DNA of 61,076 bases, the filler included, from Stramenopiles sp. TOSAG23-3 (lineage: Eukaryota): assembly GCA_900128585.1 (NCBI GenBank). It is 17 parts of 17 records of this genome, joined end to end, with 100 filler letters (N's around TTAATTAATTAA, not from the genome) between each part and the next. Parts side by side here need not be neighbours in the genome. Positions count along the whole stretch, not along the records: positions 10,854 to 14,365 come from LT644183.1; positions 14,466 to 17,975 come from LT644184.1; positions 18,076 to 21,585 come from LT644185.1; positions 21,686 to 25,188 come from LT644186.1; 13 more parts are not named here. One strand, given 5' to 3'. This document shows, one piece after another, positions 11,121-22,377 of this stretch. Position 1 is the first letter of the stretch, and the number at the start of each line of letters is the position of its first letter. The notes below the pieces were generated by a model. It saw only the letters and a list, made by a program, of their open reading frames with translations. It made no database searches and was not told the origin of the DNA. The position numbers and the translations under genes are program-made.

Positions 11121-12404
11121 TTATGCGGTAGGCACTTTGCTCATGCCCGTTTGACTGACCACCTGGATTTGGGCAAGCTCTGGCTCTGACATGAACTCCG
11201 TTGCATCTCCAAACATTTCTGAGCTTCGTTCCAAATCCTGAAGGATGCGCTCGCGAGTCGTCGATTTCATGGCCTTGGAGATTTTGTAGGACAGGTCGTC
11301 AAGCACAGCATACGGCCGGACCACATCTTTCACTCTGATCTTCTTGCTCGTATTGCTTTTGTTCTCCTCTTCCACGTACATCACAACGAACGGCTGGCCC
11401 GCCTCTTGGCACTGCTTCCGGCGCTCTTCTTGCAGCTTCAGTATCTCGTTCTTTGCCCGAATCACTAATTTGCGCAACGGCCGGATGTTCCCGGCGCTCA
11501 ACAGTGCGACCCGAAGGGCTGCCTCATCCTGGGCCTTCAGTGCCCGTACGATCCCACTCCGTTCTTTCTTGATCACCGAGAGGTCGTTGGAGGCTTCGCA
11601 GTGCAAAATGACATCGCCAACGTTTTGGCACGCCCCCAAGTAGCCCTGCTCCACACTTACGTCCAGCACAAAGTCGTAATCAAGGCTTTCGACGTCCTTG
11701 TTGAATGGCCCCTTGAGCCTGGCGAGGAAGTACTTGAATGTACAACGGAATGGACCAGCATAACGGTTCTCGGAGTAGATGATTCGTTCGGAGGTAATCT
11801 TTCCATAATGGCTGCAGCAGCAAAGCTTGTAGAGCCTGCTCTGGGCCCGCGCTGCGTCGTAGTACACAAACTCGTCGTGGCGTTCGATGGCCTCCTGCTC
11901 CTTCCTTCGTAGCGCCTCGCGGTTGGCTTCGATCTCTTTCTGGAACCGCCCGCCCTTCTTGCAGTAGATTGTTAGGCACTGCCAGAGGCTGGTCCCAACG
12001 ACGCCCAAAATGGCCCCGGCAAAACACCCCACGACCGTGTTCGTCGCCGCTTCGTAGTTGACGGTCTCACCCCTGAACATTTTGTGGAACTGCATCGCGC
12101 CCAGCACGGACCCGAGGAGCCCTCCCATCGTCCCGGCAAAGATCAAGTACCAGACGTTGAACCGGGCCTTCAAGGAGTCCTTGGACGCCTGGGCTTGGCG
12201 GTACTGGACAAGTTCGGCCATTGTGAGGTCATTGTCTTCGTCCCCGACGGCAACGTCCCCTAGGCCAGCCACACCGCCCGTGTTGGCACGATTGTCCCGG
12301 TGCTTTTGAAGCTGTATCTTGCGGTCGATGTCATAATTTCTCTCTCGGTCGGACACAGGGTCACGGTTGTTAATGACAGTTCGCCCACCACCAAAACCTA
12401 GCAT
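11121..12404 (-). CDS. Two-TM membrane protein with a putative bacterial-type PH (bPH_2-like) domain
   Basis: Two Gly-rich hydrophobic helices and a coiled coil. KITSERIIY...ESLDYDFVLDVSVEQGYLG...GDVILH resembles the bPH_2 pattern. Confidence 0.6.
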   Translation of the reverse strand: MLGFGGGRTVINNRDPVSDRERNYDIDRKIQLQKHRDNRANTGGVAGLGDVAVGDEDNDLTMAELVQYRQAQASKDSLKARFNVWYLIFAGTMGGLLGSVLGAMQFHKMFRGETVNYEAATNTVVGCFAGAILGVVGTSLWQCLTIYCKKGGRFQKEIEANREALRRKEQEAIERHDEFVYYDAARAQSRLYKLCCCSHYGKITSERIIYSENRYAGPFRCTFKYFLARLKGPFNKDVESLDYDFVLDVSVEQGYLGACQNVGDVILHCEASNDLSVIKKERSGIVRALKAQDEAALRVALLSAGNIRPLRKLVIRAKNEILKLQEERRKQCQEAGQPFVVMYVEEENKSNTSKKIRVKDVVRPYAVLDDLSYKISKAMKSTTRERILQDLERSSEMFGDATEFMSEPELAQIQVVSQTGMSKVPTA

Positions 12405-13422
12405 TTATAACGTACGTGATAGTGGTAAACACAAAGAAAGATAGGCACACTGAATACGATATCAATCGAGTAGAATCAAATTGAAAATGGTTAGAAATGT
12501 TATGTTTTCTTTCTCCAAAGAAGTCAGTCACATATATTTCACAGTTTTGATTCATATTTGTGATTTGTTATCTTGTTTATATAAATAATATATAAAAAAT
12601 ATATTTTTTAATAAAAAATTAAAACAACAACAAACAACAACAACAAAAAAACGAGAAGAAGAAGATAGAAGATATTATTATAAAAAAGAAGAAGAAGAAA
12701 GAAGAAGAATGAATGAATGAAGGGAGGACGGAGGAGGAGATAGAAGAAAGAAGACACACCTTCTTCTTTCTTCTTCTTCTTCTCTTCTTTTTTCTGTTAT
12801 TAATATGGATATACCATATACCGTATAATATGGATTATGGATATTTAAATATAATGGATGATAAATGATAGATGATGTTCGATAAAAAATAATAATAATA
12901 AGAAGAAGGCTTCCTTCTTCTTCTTCTTATTCTCTCTCTTCTCTCTTCACTTATATAATAATATAAGAAGAAAGAAAGAAAGAAAGAAAAGAAGCCAAAA
13001 GAGAAAAAGAAAGTAAGAAAGAAGAAGCCCATATCATATCCCTTTGTTATCATTATGTTATATAATTTTCATAGGAGTATCATTAGTCTATATAGTATAT
13101 AACTATATGATAATGCATTTTATTATTAGTTTTGAGTTTTGAGTTTTGAAGAAAGAAGAAAGAAGAAAGAAGAAAGAAAGAAGAAGAGAGAAGCGAGAAT
13201 TATTATTAATAAATAATAATACAACACATAACACATCTAAAACAGTTAACTGACACAAACTGAAATCTGATATCTCTCACTTGTGAACTTGTGTAGAAAA
13301 CAAAACAAAACAAAATCAACAATACAATAAGAATGTGAAACTTTAAAAGAAGTAGAGCTCTACTGTGTGTTCATCCGTTTTCTTCGATTTACCGTTTGAC
13401 TAATTTCAATTCTACAAGTATC

Positions 13423-14073
13423 ATGGTGTTGAAGCAGGCGTTCATATGCGTTGTTCTGTTATTGTCCAGTTTTAGTGTTGGGTTTGGAAAGAAAACGGTC
13501 AAGACGATCGCGAACCCTCACGCAAGTAACGGTGGGTCGTCTTTTGAGGCATGTTCCTGCCCTGCCCAAACGATTAATTTGATGGACGTTGTGTCGTCCC
13601 CGGGACCGTTGCAGAAAGATACGTTTGTGTCCATGGAAACTGTGAAAGTCGGCACCCAGTCTGTTCCGTTGTACATGTTTAAACAGCCGGACCGCCTCAA
13701 CCCTCAGCAGCTGCCGTTTAAATTACTCCTTCAACAGAAGATCGTCATGGAAGGCGTCGAAGAGCTCTTCGTCAGCGACAAAGATGGTGCACGGGATTCG
13801 TGGTTTGAAGGGTACCGTTGGAGCATTCTCCTCTGCGCGAATTGCGCTGCAAACTCGGGCAACAGCCACATGCACATTGGCTGGCGGTTCGAGTCGATCG
13901 CAAACCCCTCGGATAGTTTTTACGCCTTGATCGCAAAAACAAACGAGGAAAATAGTTCATGGGGAAGCATATATTCGTTCGAAGCGTTCAAAAATGCTAT
14001 CAACATCGGGACCCCAGCCCCTCACTGGATGGTCGCATTGCTTGCTGCACAAGCTTCGAAGACAAGTTTGTAA
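13423..14073 (+). CDS. Secreted cereblon-like CULT-domain protein
   Basis: Signal peptide MVLKQAFICVVLLLSSFSVG. SWFEGYRWSILLCANC...HIGWRF matches the cereblon tri-Trp pocket and CxxC. Confidence 0.85.
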   Translation: MVLKQAFICVVLLLSSFSVGFGKKTVKTIANPHASNGGSSFEACSCPAQTINLMDVVSSPGPLQKDTFVSMETVKVGTQSVPLYMFKQPDRLNPQQLPFKLLLQQKIVMEGVEELFVSDKDGARDSWFEGYRWSILLCANCAANSGNSHMHIGWRFESIANPSDSFYALIAKTNEENSSWGSIYSFEAFKNAINIGTPAPHWMVALLAAQASKTSL

Positions 14074-14465
14074 ACACAGATACACTATGATGAAACTTAT
14101 AATTTTAACTGTATAACAACTTACTTCAACCAACAACAAAAATGAATCATATGAATGGGAAGATTGAGGGAACAGGGAAACTAAAAACTAACGAAAAGAA
14201 GAAGAACAACAGAACTTCTTCTTTTTTTTTTTCTTTTCTTCTTCTTCTTTTCTTTTCTTTTGATATTTTAATAATAATATTTAATCAATAATAAATTAAT
14301 AACATCTACACAGCATTATAAAAAGTCAGTCCTTCCTTCTTCTTGTTTTCTTCTTTCTTCGTCGTNNNNNNNNNNNNNNNNNNNNNNNNNNNNNNNNNNN
14401 NNNNNNNNNTTAATTAATTAANNNNNNNNNNNNNNNNNNNNNNNNNNNNNNNNNNNNNNNNNNNN

Positions 14466-15800
14466 CACTTCAAATTTAGTCATATGCGTCAACTGTTCCA
14501 TATCAGGCGGCAACGTCGTCAAACTGCAATTGTAGATCCTAACTTTGCGCAACCCCGTCATCGTGAGCGGCAACGAATCCGGCAACACTGTCAAGTTGTA
14601 ATCGTTCTCTATTCTCATCACCGCGCAGTTGCACGTTGGAACGAACAGGCTCTTGCAGAAAGGTATCTTGCTCTTGCACCCGGTCTTCCAGGTTTTTTCG
14701 TCGCAGTCTAGCACGTTTTCCATCGTTACAGACATCCCCAGGTGTGCCGAGGCTACTACCAGCAAGAAGAGTCCGTACGCAACGCTATACCAATAAAAAA
14801 ACACCGAAAGTGATCTTGGAATGGCCGCAAGTTGCCGCTTGCTTAAGATTTCATCATTGGTGGCACCGTAAAGGCTGCGGCGGCGCCTGTCCATTCTGAA
14901 AGACATTTTTTTCTGCACTTTCGTTACTGCCTCTTCGGATGAGTTCCGAATAATGTCACGAAGAATAGAGCGCACCTTTGTGAACGCACAAAGAGAAGGC
15001 CACAAAACGATCTGAAGCATTTCTCCGATCGAAATTGGAATGTCGAACACAAAATAGAGCACAAATAGTGGGACTGCCAAGCTAGCGGTGTCGACAATAA
15101 GGTCCATTTTCATTTGGCGGTTTCGTCTGAAAGAGCTGTTAGGCTGTCTCAGCTGATGCGCCCGATAGAACGAGTCCATTGCCAGCGCAACACAGAAGCA
15201 AATGGTCACGTGAACGGGCATTGTACACAAGTAAACCCCCATTAGGTTTATTATTTGGTTGACACTCTCTACGAACTCAAGAAGGTACAGTTTCCAAAGA
15301 AAAAAGACCCCGTTGCTTCTGAATTTCTGTTTAAAAGAGAGAAGGGCTGCGACAGGGACGCAGACGCCTCTCTTCCTCTTCTTTTTTCCACCGCCTTTAC
15401 CCTTATAAAGGAGTCTCATCGTGTGCTTTTTCGCTGCCCTTTTCCAACCGCACAAAAGCTGCAGCGTCCTACACAAGTACAACGTCGCTAGCACGGGAAA
15501 AACCCAAACCAACGGTCGACCCCACACAACAAATGTTTTGGTGTAAAGAAATGTTAGCCAGGCAAACGTGCCGGTTATTCCGAAAGAGAAAAACAACAAA
15601 AGCGCGCCATCCCATCGTACATGTGTACAGAAGGCAAGGTCCACATCTAAAGCCGATACTCTCGACTCTTCCTCCTCCTCCTCTTCTTCCTCCAGTTCCA
15701 CGTCCCCAGCGGACCGGGCTGACCCCAATTCGGTTCCACCGTCGGCATTGGCCGTGTCGGTCAGCTCGAGATCCTTCTCTGTCAACGCCCAAGTTGCCAT
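14466..15800 (-). CDS. Multi-TM protein followed by a Cys cap and leucine-rich repeats; 3'-truncated
   Basis: About six hydrophobic helices, then CKSKIPFC...CNCAV and the LRR pattern LTVLPDSL...LTTLPPDMEQL. Confidence 0.75.
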
Positions 15801-16698
15801 TGCAATTAGCGCGTGTAAAGATGAATTCGATTTAAAAGTGTGTTTTCCCCAATATATAATACGAACAGTGTCCGAAGTCTAAATTTTTTACTATAATATA
15901 GAAACAGTTTCATTCGTTTCGTTTATCATCGTGGTGGAGGAATAATACAAGAAGAAGGATAGATAGTTAAATAACAACTGCAACGAACAACAGGAGTCAC
16001 ACGAAGACGACAACACCACAACAGCAGCAGAAAAAAATATAATTCTGAAGAAGAAATAATAAAGTCAAATTCTTTTGGTGAGGTTGGTATTTTGTACGGT
16101 ATTACCCGTACCGGTAGTTGCTCTGACTGATAATTACGAGGAGCCTATAATGTACATTGGATCCTCCTTCCTGCGCGTGGTGGCGATGCAAGATATTCTA
16201 TTCCACGAGTCCTCTTTGTATTTAGTACCGGTACCGGTACCGGTAGTGGAGGTAGTGCTATCTACGTAGTCGTATAATTTAATATTATACAGTTCTTGAC
16301 CGCACATCCTATTAAATATACTATTAATTTATGTACTTATATTTTAGCTATAAAATAAAAAAACATTTTTACGTTACAAATTAGAAAAAAAGATGCGATG
16401 ATTCCAATGCTATTACCCTTATTCTTATTCTTATTCTTATATCTTGATTGATATATCATTAATAAGAATAAATATGTATGAGTGAATTGAACATCAAATT
16501 ATTGAATAGAAATTACACAGCGAGAGTCCATTCTTCCTTGTTGTTCAAGCACCTCAAGTATAAAGTATAAATGCTTGATCACACAGCTGATTCGTTCCGT
16601 GTTTTTCTTTTCCATAAATTTTATAACTCCGAGGAACCCGTGCGAACCTCAACACCAGCACCGCTGCGGAACAAAAAAAGCGTGGCTTTGCTGTTGCG

Positions 16699-17943
16699 AT
16701 GAACAATGCGGACAAGAACGCGTCGACCTCGAAAATGGCGGGGTTGACAGAGCATTCGTTCTTTTTAGAATATTTAGAACGAAAGAAAGACGCGCAAAAC
16801 CGTGCTCGGGAGAACCAAGTTTTGTACTGCCGGCATTGCTGCACTTGTACAGAGGCCGAGGGGGCCCACTGGGTGAAGCAACGGCAAAGTAGAATTCGTC
16901 CAGACCACATCTTTCAGCGGAACAGCAAAATTGAACTCAGTAAGAAGCCGAGACCGTACATTTTGCCCATCGAGAACTCGTACCAGTTTACGTGCCAGAG
17001 ATGCAAACGGAAGAACATGTTTGAGTGCCGAGCGGTTGACAATGGGGAGAAGAACATAGACGATATATACCGGGCCGTCGAGAAAGGCGTCGAGGGGAAA
17101 ATAATTATTTTGGCAAAGTACTTGGGGGTGGAAGGGTTGAACTACCAGCGCCCCGAGTCGTTGTTAGCGCCGCTTCACTTGTGTTCCGCAAACCACTCCC
17201 TGTATTGCGCTATAGAATTGGTTGACAGTGGGTGTAACATAGACATTTTGGAGCGGGAGAAGAAGACGCCGCTTTGGATAGCCTGTTCTCTTCCAGATCG
17301 ACACGAGCTCGTCGAATTGTTATTAAAAAGTGGGGCAGACCCTGACCATATGAATGCGAAAGGCAGCACTTGCCTCATGGCGGCTGTTATAAGCGAAGAG
17401 TGCGAGTACGTGTCTATGCTGATTGAGTACGGCGTGAACGTCAATGCATTCAACCCGACCACCGGGGAAACCGCCCTTTGGAAGGCTGCAAAGTTAGGGT
17501 CAATTTTCATGATACGAGAACTGATGCTCGCCGGCGCTAGGAAGGACATAATAAACTTTGCGGGCGTGTCACCCCTTGAAGTTGCCAAGAAGCGAAAGTG
17601 CCTAGGGTTTAAGTTTGAGAAATCGATGGAGTTGCTCAACACGGAAGCGCTGGACGAGCTGGTGAAACTTGATTTGGAAGAAAATTTGGAGCTTAAAGAC
17701 GAAGAGGAATACGCCGAGGACTTGCTGGACAAGGAGTGGGAAAAAGCCCAAATGCTACTGAACGAAGGGGACGGCACAGACGTCGAAGTGAGTGAAAGGA
17801 AAGCAACCGACTGTGCCGCGGACGGAGCCACAGGGGAAGACTGGGAATATTGGTGGGATGATGAGCACCAAGCTTATTATTGGTACAATAAAGTTTCCGG
17901 AGAAACGCAGTGGGCGTCAGAGGCAGAAACCCCAGAGGCATGA
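16699..17943 (+). CDS. Ankyrin-repeat protein with N-terminal Cys pairs and C-terminal WW domain
   Basis: APLHLC, TPLWIAC, GSTCLMAA, GETALWKAA ankyrin motifs; WEYWWDDEHQAYYWYNKVSGETQW (WW domain). Confidence 0.88.
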   Translation: MNNADKNASTSKMAGLTEHSFFLEYLERKKDAQNRARENQVLYCRHCCTCTEAEGAHWVKQRQSRIRPDHIFQRNSKIELSKKPRPYILPIENSYQFTCQRCKRKNMFECRAVDNGEKNIDDIYRAVEKGVEGKIIILAKYLGVEGLNYQRPESLLAPLHLCSANHSLYCAIELVDSGCNIDILEREKKTPLWIACSLPDRHELVELLLKSGADPDHMNAKGSTCLMAAVISEECEYVSMLIEYGVNVNAFNPTTGETALWKAAKLGSIFMIRELMLAGARKDIINFAGVSPLEVAKKRKCLGFKFEKSMELLNTEALDELVKLDLEENLELKDEEEYAEDLLDKEWEKAQMLLNEGDGTDVEVSERKATDCAADGATGEDWEYWWDDEHQAYYWYNKVSGETQWASEAETPEA

Positions 17944-18117
17944 GACCAAATTCAGCGAGAGTATTAAAAAAAATCNNNNNNNNNNNNNNNNNNNNNNNNN
18001 NNNNNNNNNNNNNNNNNNNTTAATTAATTAANNNNNNNNNNNNNNNNNNNNNNNNNNNNNNNNNNNNNNNNNNNNTTACTGCAATAACAGCCAGTTTTTT
18101 GTTTTAAAAACCTAATC

Positions 18118-21100
18118 TTAACTGTTTATACTCCCTCCCCTTTTTCGTGAAGGGGAACTACTTGCACTTCTGCTCTTTCCAATGTTACGGGGTTGGTAAT
18201 GCAACGGGGGTCGCGAGGGTGGGTCTGCTTGTTCCACCGGCTCCATCTTTCCATCCCAGGAGGTAAACGGAGAATTCGAGGGCCTGTTCGATTTCGGTCT
18301 TACATTTATTCGCAGCTCGGCGGGCTTTGCTGCCGTCGCCGCCACTGCGCCTTCCGTGTCTAATCGTGGCGTATGAACGCTACCTAGGCTGAGCTTGTTG
18401 CTCGGGTGCACATCTCCCCTTTGTTTGCTGATGAGATTGGCATAGATCCCATTTTTCTCCAGCAAGGACCGGTGCGTCCCGCTTTCCGCAATTGTTCCGT
18501 TGCTAAAAACGTGGATTTTGTTCGCGTTCACGATGGTCGAGAGCCTGTGCGCTACGACAACGGTGGTCCTCCCGTGCATTAGTTTGTCCAAGGCGTCTTG
18601 CACTAATTTCTCGCTTTTGGCGTCCAAAGCGCTCGTAGCCTCATCCAGCAACAGGATTTTCGGGTTCTTCAAGATAGCGCGCGCGATTGCGATACGTTGC
18701 TTCTGCCCCCCGCTCAACGATGTGCCGTTTTCGCCGACCACGGTGTCGTACCCGTCCGGAAGACCTAGTATAAAATCGTGGGCGTTCGCCTGCTCTGCTG
18801 CTTCCACCATGACCGCGTCGGCGATCCACTCGCAGCCGAATCGGATGTTCTCCGATATCGTTCCGGCGAACAGCGTAGGCTCTTGCATCACGAATCCTAT
18901 TTGTTGTCGGAGCCACATGGGGTCCAGCAGCCGAATGTCGACCCCGTCCAGGCGCACGCTGCCTTTGACAGGATCGTAAAACCTCTCTATCATCCCCAGC
19001 ACGGTCGACTTGCCACTTCCGCTCTGCCCGACCAGTGCGACGGTTTCGCCTTCCCGGATGGAAAGGTGAAAATGTTCCAAGACTACCTTGTCTGGGCGGG
19101 TTGGGTACACAAACGTTACGTCTTCCAGGACAATGTTTCCCCGAAGGTTGTCCTTTTTCATCCTTTTTCCCCCTCGGTAATTTACGAGGGGCTGCCTGTC
19201 TAGAATTTCAAACAGCTTTTTGGATGCCCCGACGGCTTTTGCGACCTCCGGGAGCCCCCCTATGATCCACCCCAGCCCCATGACCATGGCGATTGCCATC
19301 TGCAGGAATATCACAATCCTCGGGGTCTGGCTTGCCACGTACGAGGGGTCGTGCGCCCCCTTGGTGATCACATCGTTGCACCCGTACCACAAGGCTACCG
19401 TCAGCGCGCCGTAGAACCCGCCAAAAACGATGGAGAACGCCAGGCCTTGCACCACCACCAGGCGCACACCGATCTTGTTCGCATACCACGCCGACTTGTC
19501 GTATATGTTCTTGGCACCCTCCTGCATCACAAACGACACGACGGTACGTATCCCCGACAGAAACTCTTGCGCGAGCCCCCCTTGAACATTTTGCGCCTCC
19601 GCGGACTCGTTCGAAAGTTTGGAGATCAGCGTTAGCGAGCACCCCAGGACGACCAGAGGCACCATAGCGGTCCCAAGGAAGACGAGCGTCAGGTCAAGGT
19701 CGTTCGACAGGAGGTACACCAGTATAATGACAAACTGGAACACGCCCCGAAAGGCCTGTGCCAACTGCGTGGTCATTCCCGTCCGAATCAATGCCGTATT
19801 CGACGTGAGCATAGTCGTCAATTCCCCGCTCTTATTCTTGTCGTAAAAGCTCATGTCCTGCTCTACCATGGCCATGAAGACGAACCGCTGGATCCTTGTG
19901 ACCAGCCGGGTGCCGGCTGCTTCTACAAAGCACAATTGCAGTGAATTTCCCGCGTACAGCCCAACGCAAGAGACGATTTGCAGCTGGAGCGCGTCCACGA
20001 GGCCGTCTTTGTCCTGCGAGATGACGGAGCGAAGCATTCGACCGAAACAGACTTGCCAGCCGATGTTCGACAACGTGGCACAGAGCCCGCCGAGGCAGCC
20101 AAACACGAAGAGCAGGTAGTCGACTTTGCACATGGTCAGTAACCGGACGTATGGCTTTGTGCCGTTCACGCGCTGTTTCTCGAGCGACATGAACGCGGCC
20201 GTTTCCGCATTTAGAAGATACAGCGGGGAGGACCGGTGCCTCCAGTTAATGGTGGACCAGAGGATTACAAAGAGCACCGTCAGCGAGAGGTTGCCGACCA
20301 TCAGCGCTGCGGTCAAAGCGGACCACGGGAATTGCACGTGCCCCACCATGTACGGCACGACAAAGTTGTACCCATGAAACAGTTGCAGAATGGACAGGGC
20401 CGTCCCGACGGATCCAGGGAACCAGTGCAGAGGCTTAGGGAACCAGCCCAGCGCGTGACTTCGGAAGAACGCGGCCGCGACGTACAGCCAGCCCACGGCG
20501 ATTGGCACGCTGGACGCGTACGTTAGCCAATGAGAACGTTCCTCGCTGTTTATCAAATTCTTGCCGTCGTTCATTCGTGGAGCAAAGGGGAAGGCTGCCG
20601 TGGAGAGGAAGAGAAGGAACGTTACCGCAATGAGCGCGCGTGGCAAGGCGGCCCCTTCGGCGTCTTTCATTGCGTTGTCGAGTGCAAAAGAAACGGCGGT
20701 TTGGTAGACTTCGCTGCCCCTGTCCGTGACCCCCAAGCGTGAATTTTTTGGCTGCTCCAACGAGTACTTGGAAGCGTCTCTTTCGTTTTCTCCCTTTCTC
20801 TCTTCTGCAAAACTTATCATCATATCTGCGTCGTCGTCTATCATTGAGTAAAAGCGATCGTCATCCGCCAGTCCAGAGTCCGAAGATTTGCGGCGCCCAT
20901 TCGATGCTTTCTGTTGACCAATTTTCCATTTCCAGAACCCCCATGACATGAACATAAACAAGAGCACCCCTAAAGACACAACCGATTGGAAACAAGTGGT
21001 GAAAGATGAGTAGCCGTACTCGCCTTTCAGCAATGGCCCGAAGCCCTGGCCCGTTCCACACACAAAGCACTCAAACGATTTGGTGTTTGCGTTGCATTGA

Positions 21101-21123
21101 AGGTTTGATCCCCCCATCGTCAT
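18118..21123 (-). CDS. ABCB-family half transporter (TAP/ABCB9/ABCB10-like) with extra N-terminal membrane domain
   Basis: Walker A GQSGSGKS, Q-loop MQEP, signature LSGGQKQR, Walker B LLLDEATSALD, AHRLST; TMD with EQDMSFYD and IRTV. Confidence 0.93.
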   Translation of the reverse strand: MTMGGSNLQCNANTKSFECFVCGTGQGFGPLLKGEYGYSSFTTCFQSVVSLGVLLFMFMSWGFWKWKIGQQKASNGRRKSSDSGLADDDRFYSMIDDDADMMISFAEERKGENERDASKYSLEQPKNSRLGVTDRGSEVYQTAVSFALDNAMKDAEGAALPRALIAVTFLLFLSTAAFPFAPRMNDGKNLINSEERSHWLTYASSVPIAVGWLYVAAAFFRSHALGWFPKPLHWFPGSVGTALSILQLFHGYNFVVPYMVGHVQFPWSALTAALMVGNLSLTVLFVILWSTINWRHRSSPLYLLNAETAAFMSLEKQRVNGTKPYVRLLTMCKVDYLLFVFGCLGGLCATLSNIGWQVCFGRMLRSVISQDKDGLVDALQLQIVSCVGLYAGNSLQLCFVEAAGTRLVTRIQRFVFMAMVEQDMSFYDKNKSGELTTMLTSNTALIRTGMTTQLAQAFRGVFQFVIILVYLLSNDLDLTLVFLGTAMVPLVVLGCSLTLISKLSNESAEAQNVQGGLAQEFLSGIRTVVSFVMQEGAKNIYDKSAWYANKIGVRLVVVQGLAFSIVFGGFYGALTVALWYGCNDVITKGAHDPSYVASQTPRIVIFLQMAIAMVMGLGWIIGGLPEVAKAVGASKKLFEILDRQPLVNYRGGKRMKKDNLRGNIVLEDVTFVYPTRPDKVVLEHFHLSIREGETVALVGQSGSGKSTVLGMIERFYDPVKGSVRLDGVDIRLLDPMWLRQQIGFVMQEPTLFAGTISENIRFGCEWIADAVMVEAAEQANAHDFILGLPDGYDTVVGENGTSLSGGQKQRIAIARAILKNPKILLLDEATSALDAKSEKLVQDALDKLMHGRTTVVVAHRLSTIVNANKIHVFSNGTIAESGTHRSLLEKNGIYANLISKQRGDVHPSNKLSLGSVHTPRLDTEGAVAATAAKPAELRINVRPKSNRPSNSPFTSWDGKMEPVEQADPPSRPPLHYQPRNIGKSRSASSSPSRKRGGSINS

Positions 21124-21507
21124 TCGATACAACAGAACAACGAATATCAGCCAAGGGTTTAAAAATGCGCACAAACTTAATGTTTCTTTTCCTCTATGCG
21201 ATGATAAAAATGAACTACATTCTCATCACCTGTGTACAGTAAATAAAATTTAAAAAGGGTCGACTGAGGAACGTCGACTAAAATTGAAACATACGATGGT
21301 GGTTTATTTTTCTTCTTCTTATAAAATCGTTAATATCCCTATACTATTCCTATGTTGTTAAATATCATCGTAAAAAAGAAAAAAAAGTTTGTTTTCATCT
21401 TAAATCTATGCTGTGTAGTATATAGTATAGATGTTTTTAATATATTTTATTTAGGCTCATAAATAATTTAAAATATAGAAATAACATAGGAGTAGGGGAG
21501 GGGTTGT

Positions 21508-21567
<60 letters not shown>

Positions 21568-21687
21568 TTTTAGATTTCTTTCTTTNNNNNNNNNNNNNNN
21601 NNNNNNNNNNNNNNNNNNNNNNNNNNNNNTTAATTAATTAANNNNNNNNNNNNNNNNNNNNNNNNNNNNNNNNNNNNNNNNNNNNTT

Positions 21688-22251
21688 CGGGCATCCGCGA
21701 AGATTCAGGCCATACACAGAGGTCGCGCAGATCGAAAACGAGTGGAACGGTTACGGCGAGAGAAGGAGGATCTGAAGATGCTAGAAGAGACCAACTGGGA
21801 CGACGACCAGGTTCGGGCATCCGCGAAGATTCAGGCCATACACAGAGGTCGCGCAGATCGAAAACGAGTGGAACGGTTACGACGGGAGAAGGAGGAACTG
21901 AAGATGCTAGAAGAGACCAACTGGGATGACGATCATGTGCGAGCATCGAGGAAAATTCAAGCAATCCACCGAGGCAGGAGAGATCGAAAAGCTATTCAGG
22001 AGCAGCATGATCATGCCAGGAAGATGCAAGCCCTTGCGCGCGGGCGCGCAGAAAGAAAACGACTGAATGATATGAAAGAAAAAGCGGCGAAAATCCAAGC
22101 AATATCACGTGGGCGCGCAGAACGCAGAAGATTAGAAGAAAAGAAGAAGCAATCTGCAAAAATACAGGCACTTGCGCGAGGCCGACGGGATAGACAGAAA
22201 TTTGCAGAGATGAGAGCTGCCAAACTGGCAAAGTTACAAACCGAGAGGTAG
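21688..22251 (+). CDS. IQ-motif repeat coiled-coil protein, 3' fragment
   Basis: Six [I/M]QAxxRG motifs; near-perfect 126-bp tandem unit (21688 vs 21814). Confidence 0.85.
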   Translation, partial: RASAKIQAIHRGRADRKRVERLRREKEDLKMLEETNWDDDQVRASAKIQAIHRGRADRKRVERLRREKEELKMLEETNWDDDHVRASRKIQAIHRGRRDRKAIQEQHDHARKMQALARGRAERKRLNDMKEKAAKIQAISRGRAERRRLEEKKKQSAKIQALARGRRDRQKFAEMRAAKLAKLQTER

Positions 22252-22377
22252 ATGGCACGGAGTAGTTTTCTTGATAATTGTTATCGCTCCATTAATTCAC
22301 TCACATTTTATAGTTTTTGAGTTTTAAGCTCTATGATATTTACACGTGTAGTGTTTGTCAAACATAATGGGTCGCGA

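Noticed and set aside
12835-13053. Short ORFs in AT-rich intergenic DNA (also 33550-33735, 44265-44640)
   Set aside because: Low-complexity translations of microsatellite-rich noncoding sequence.
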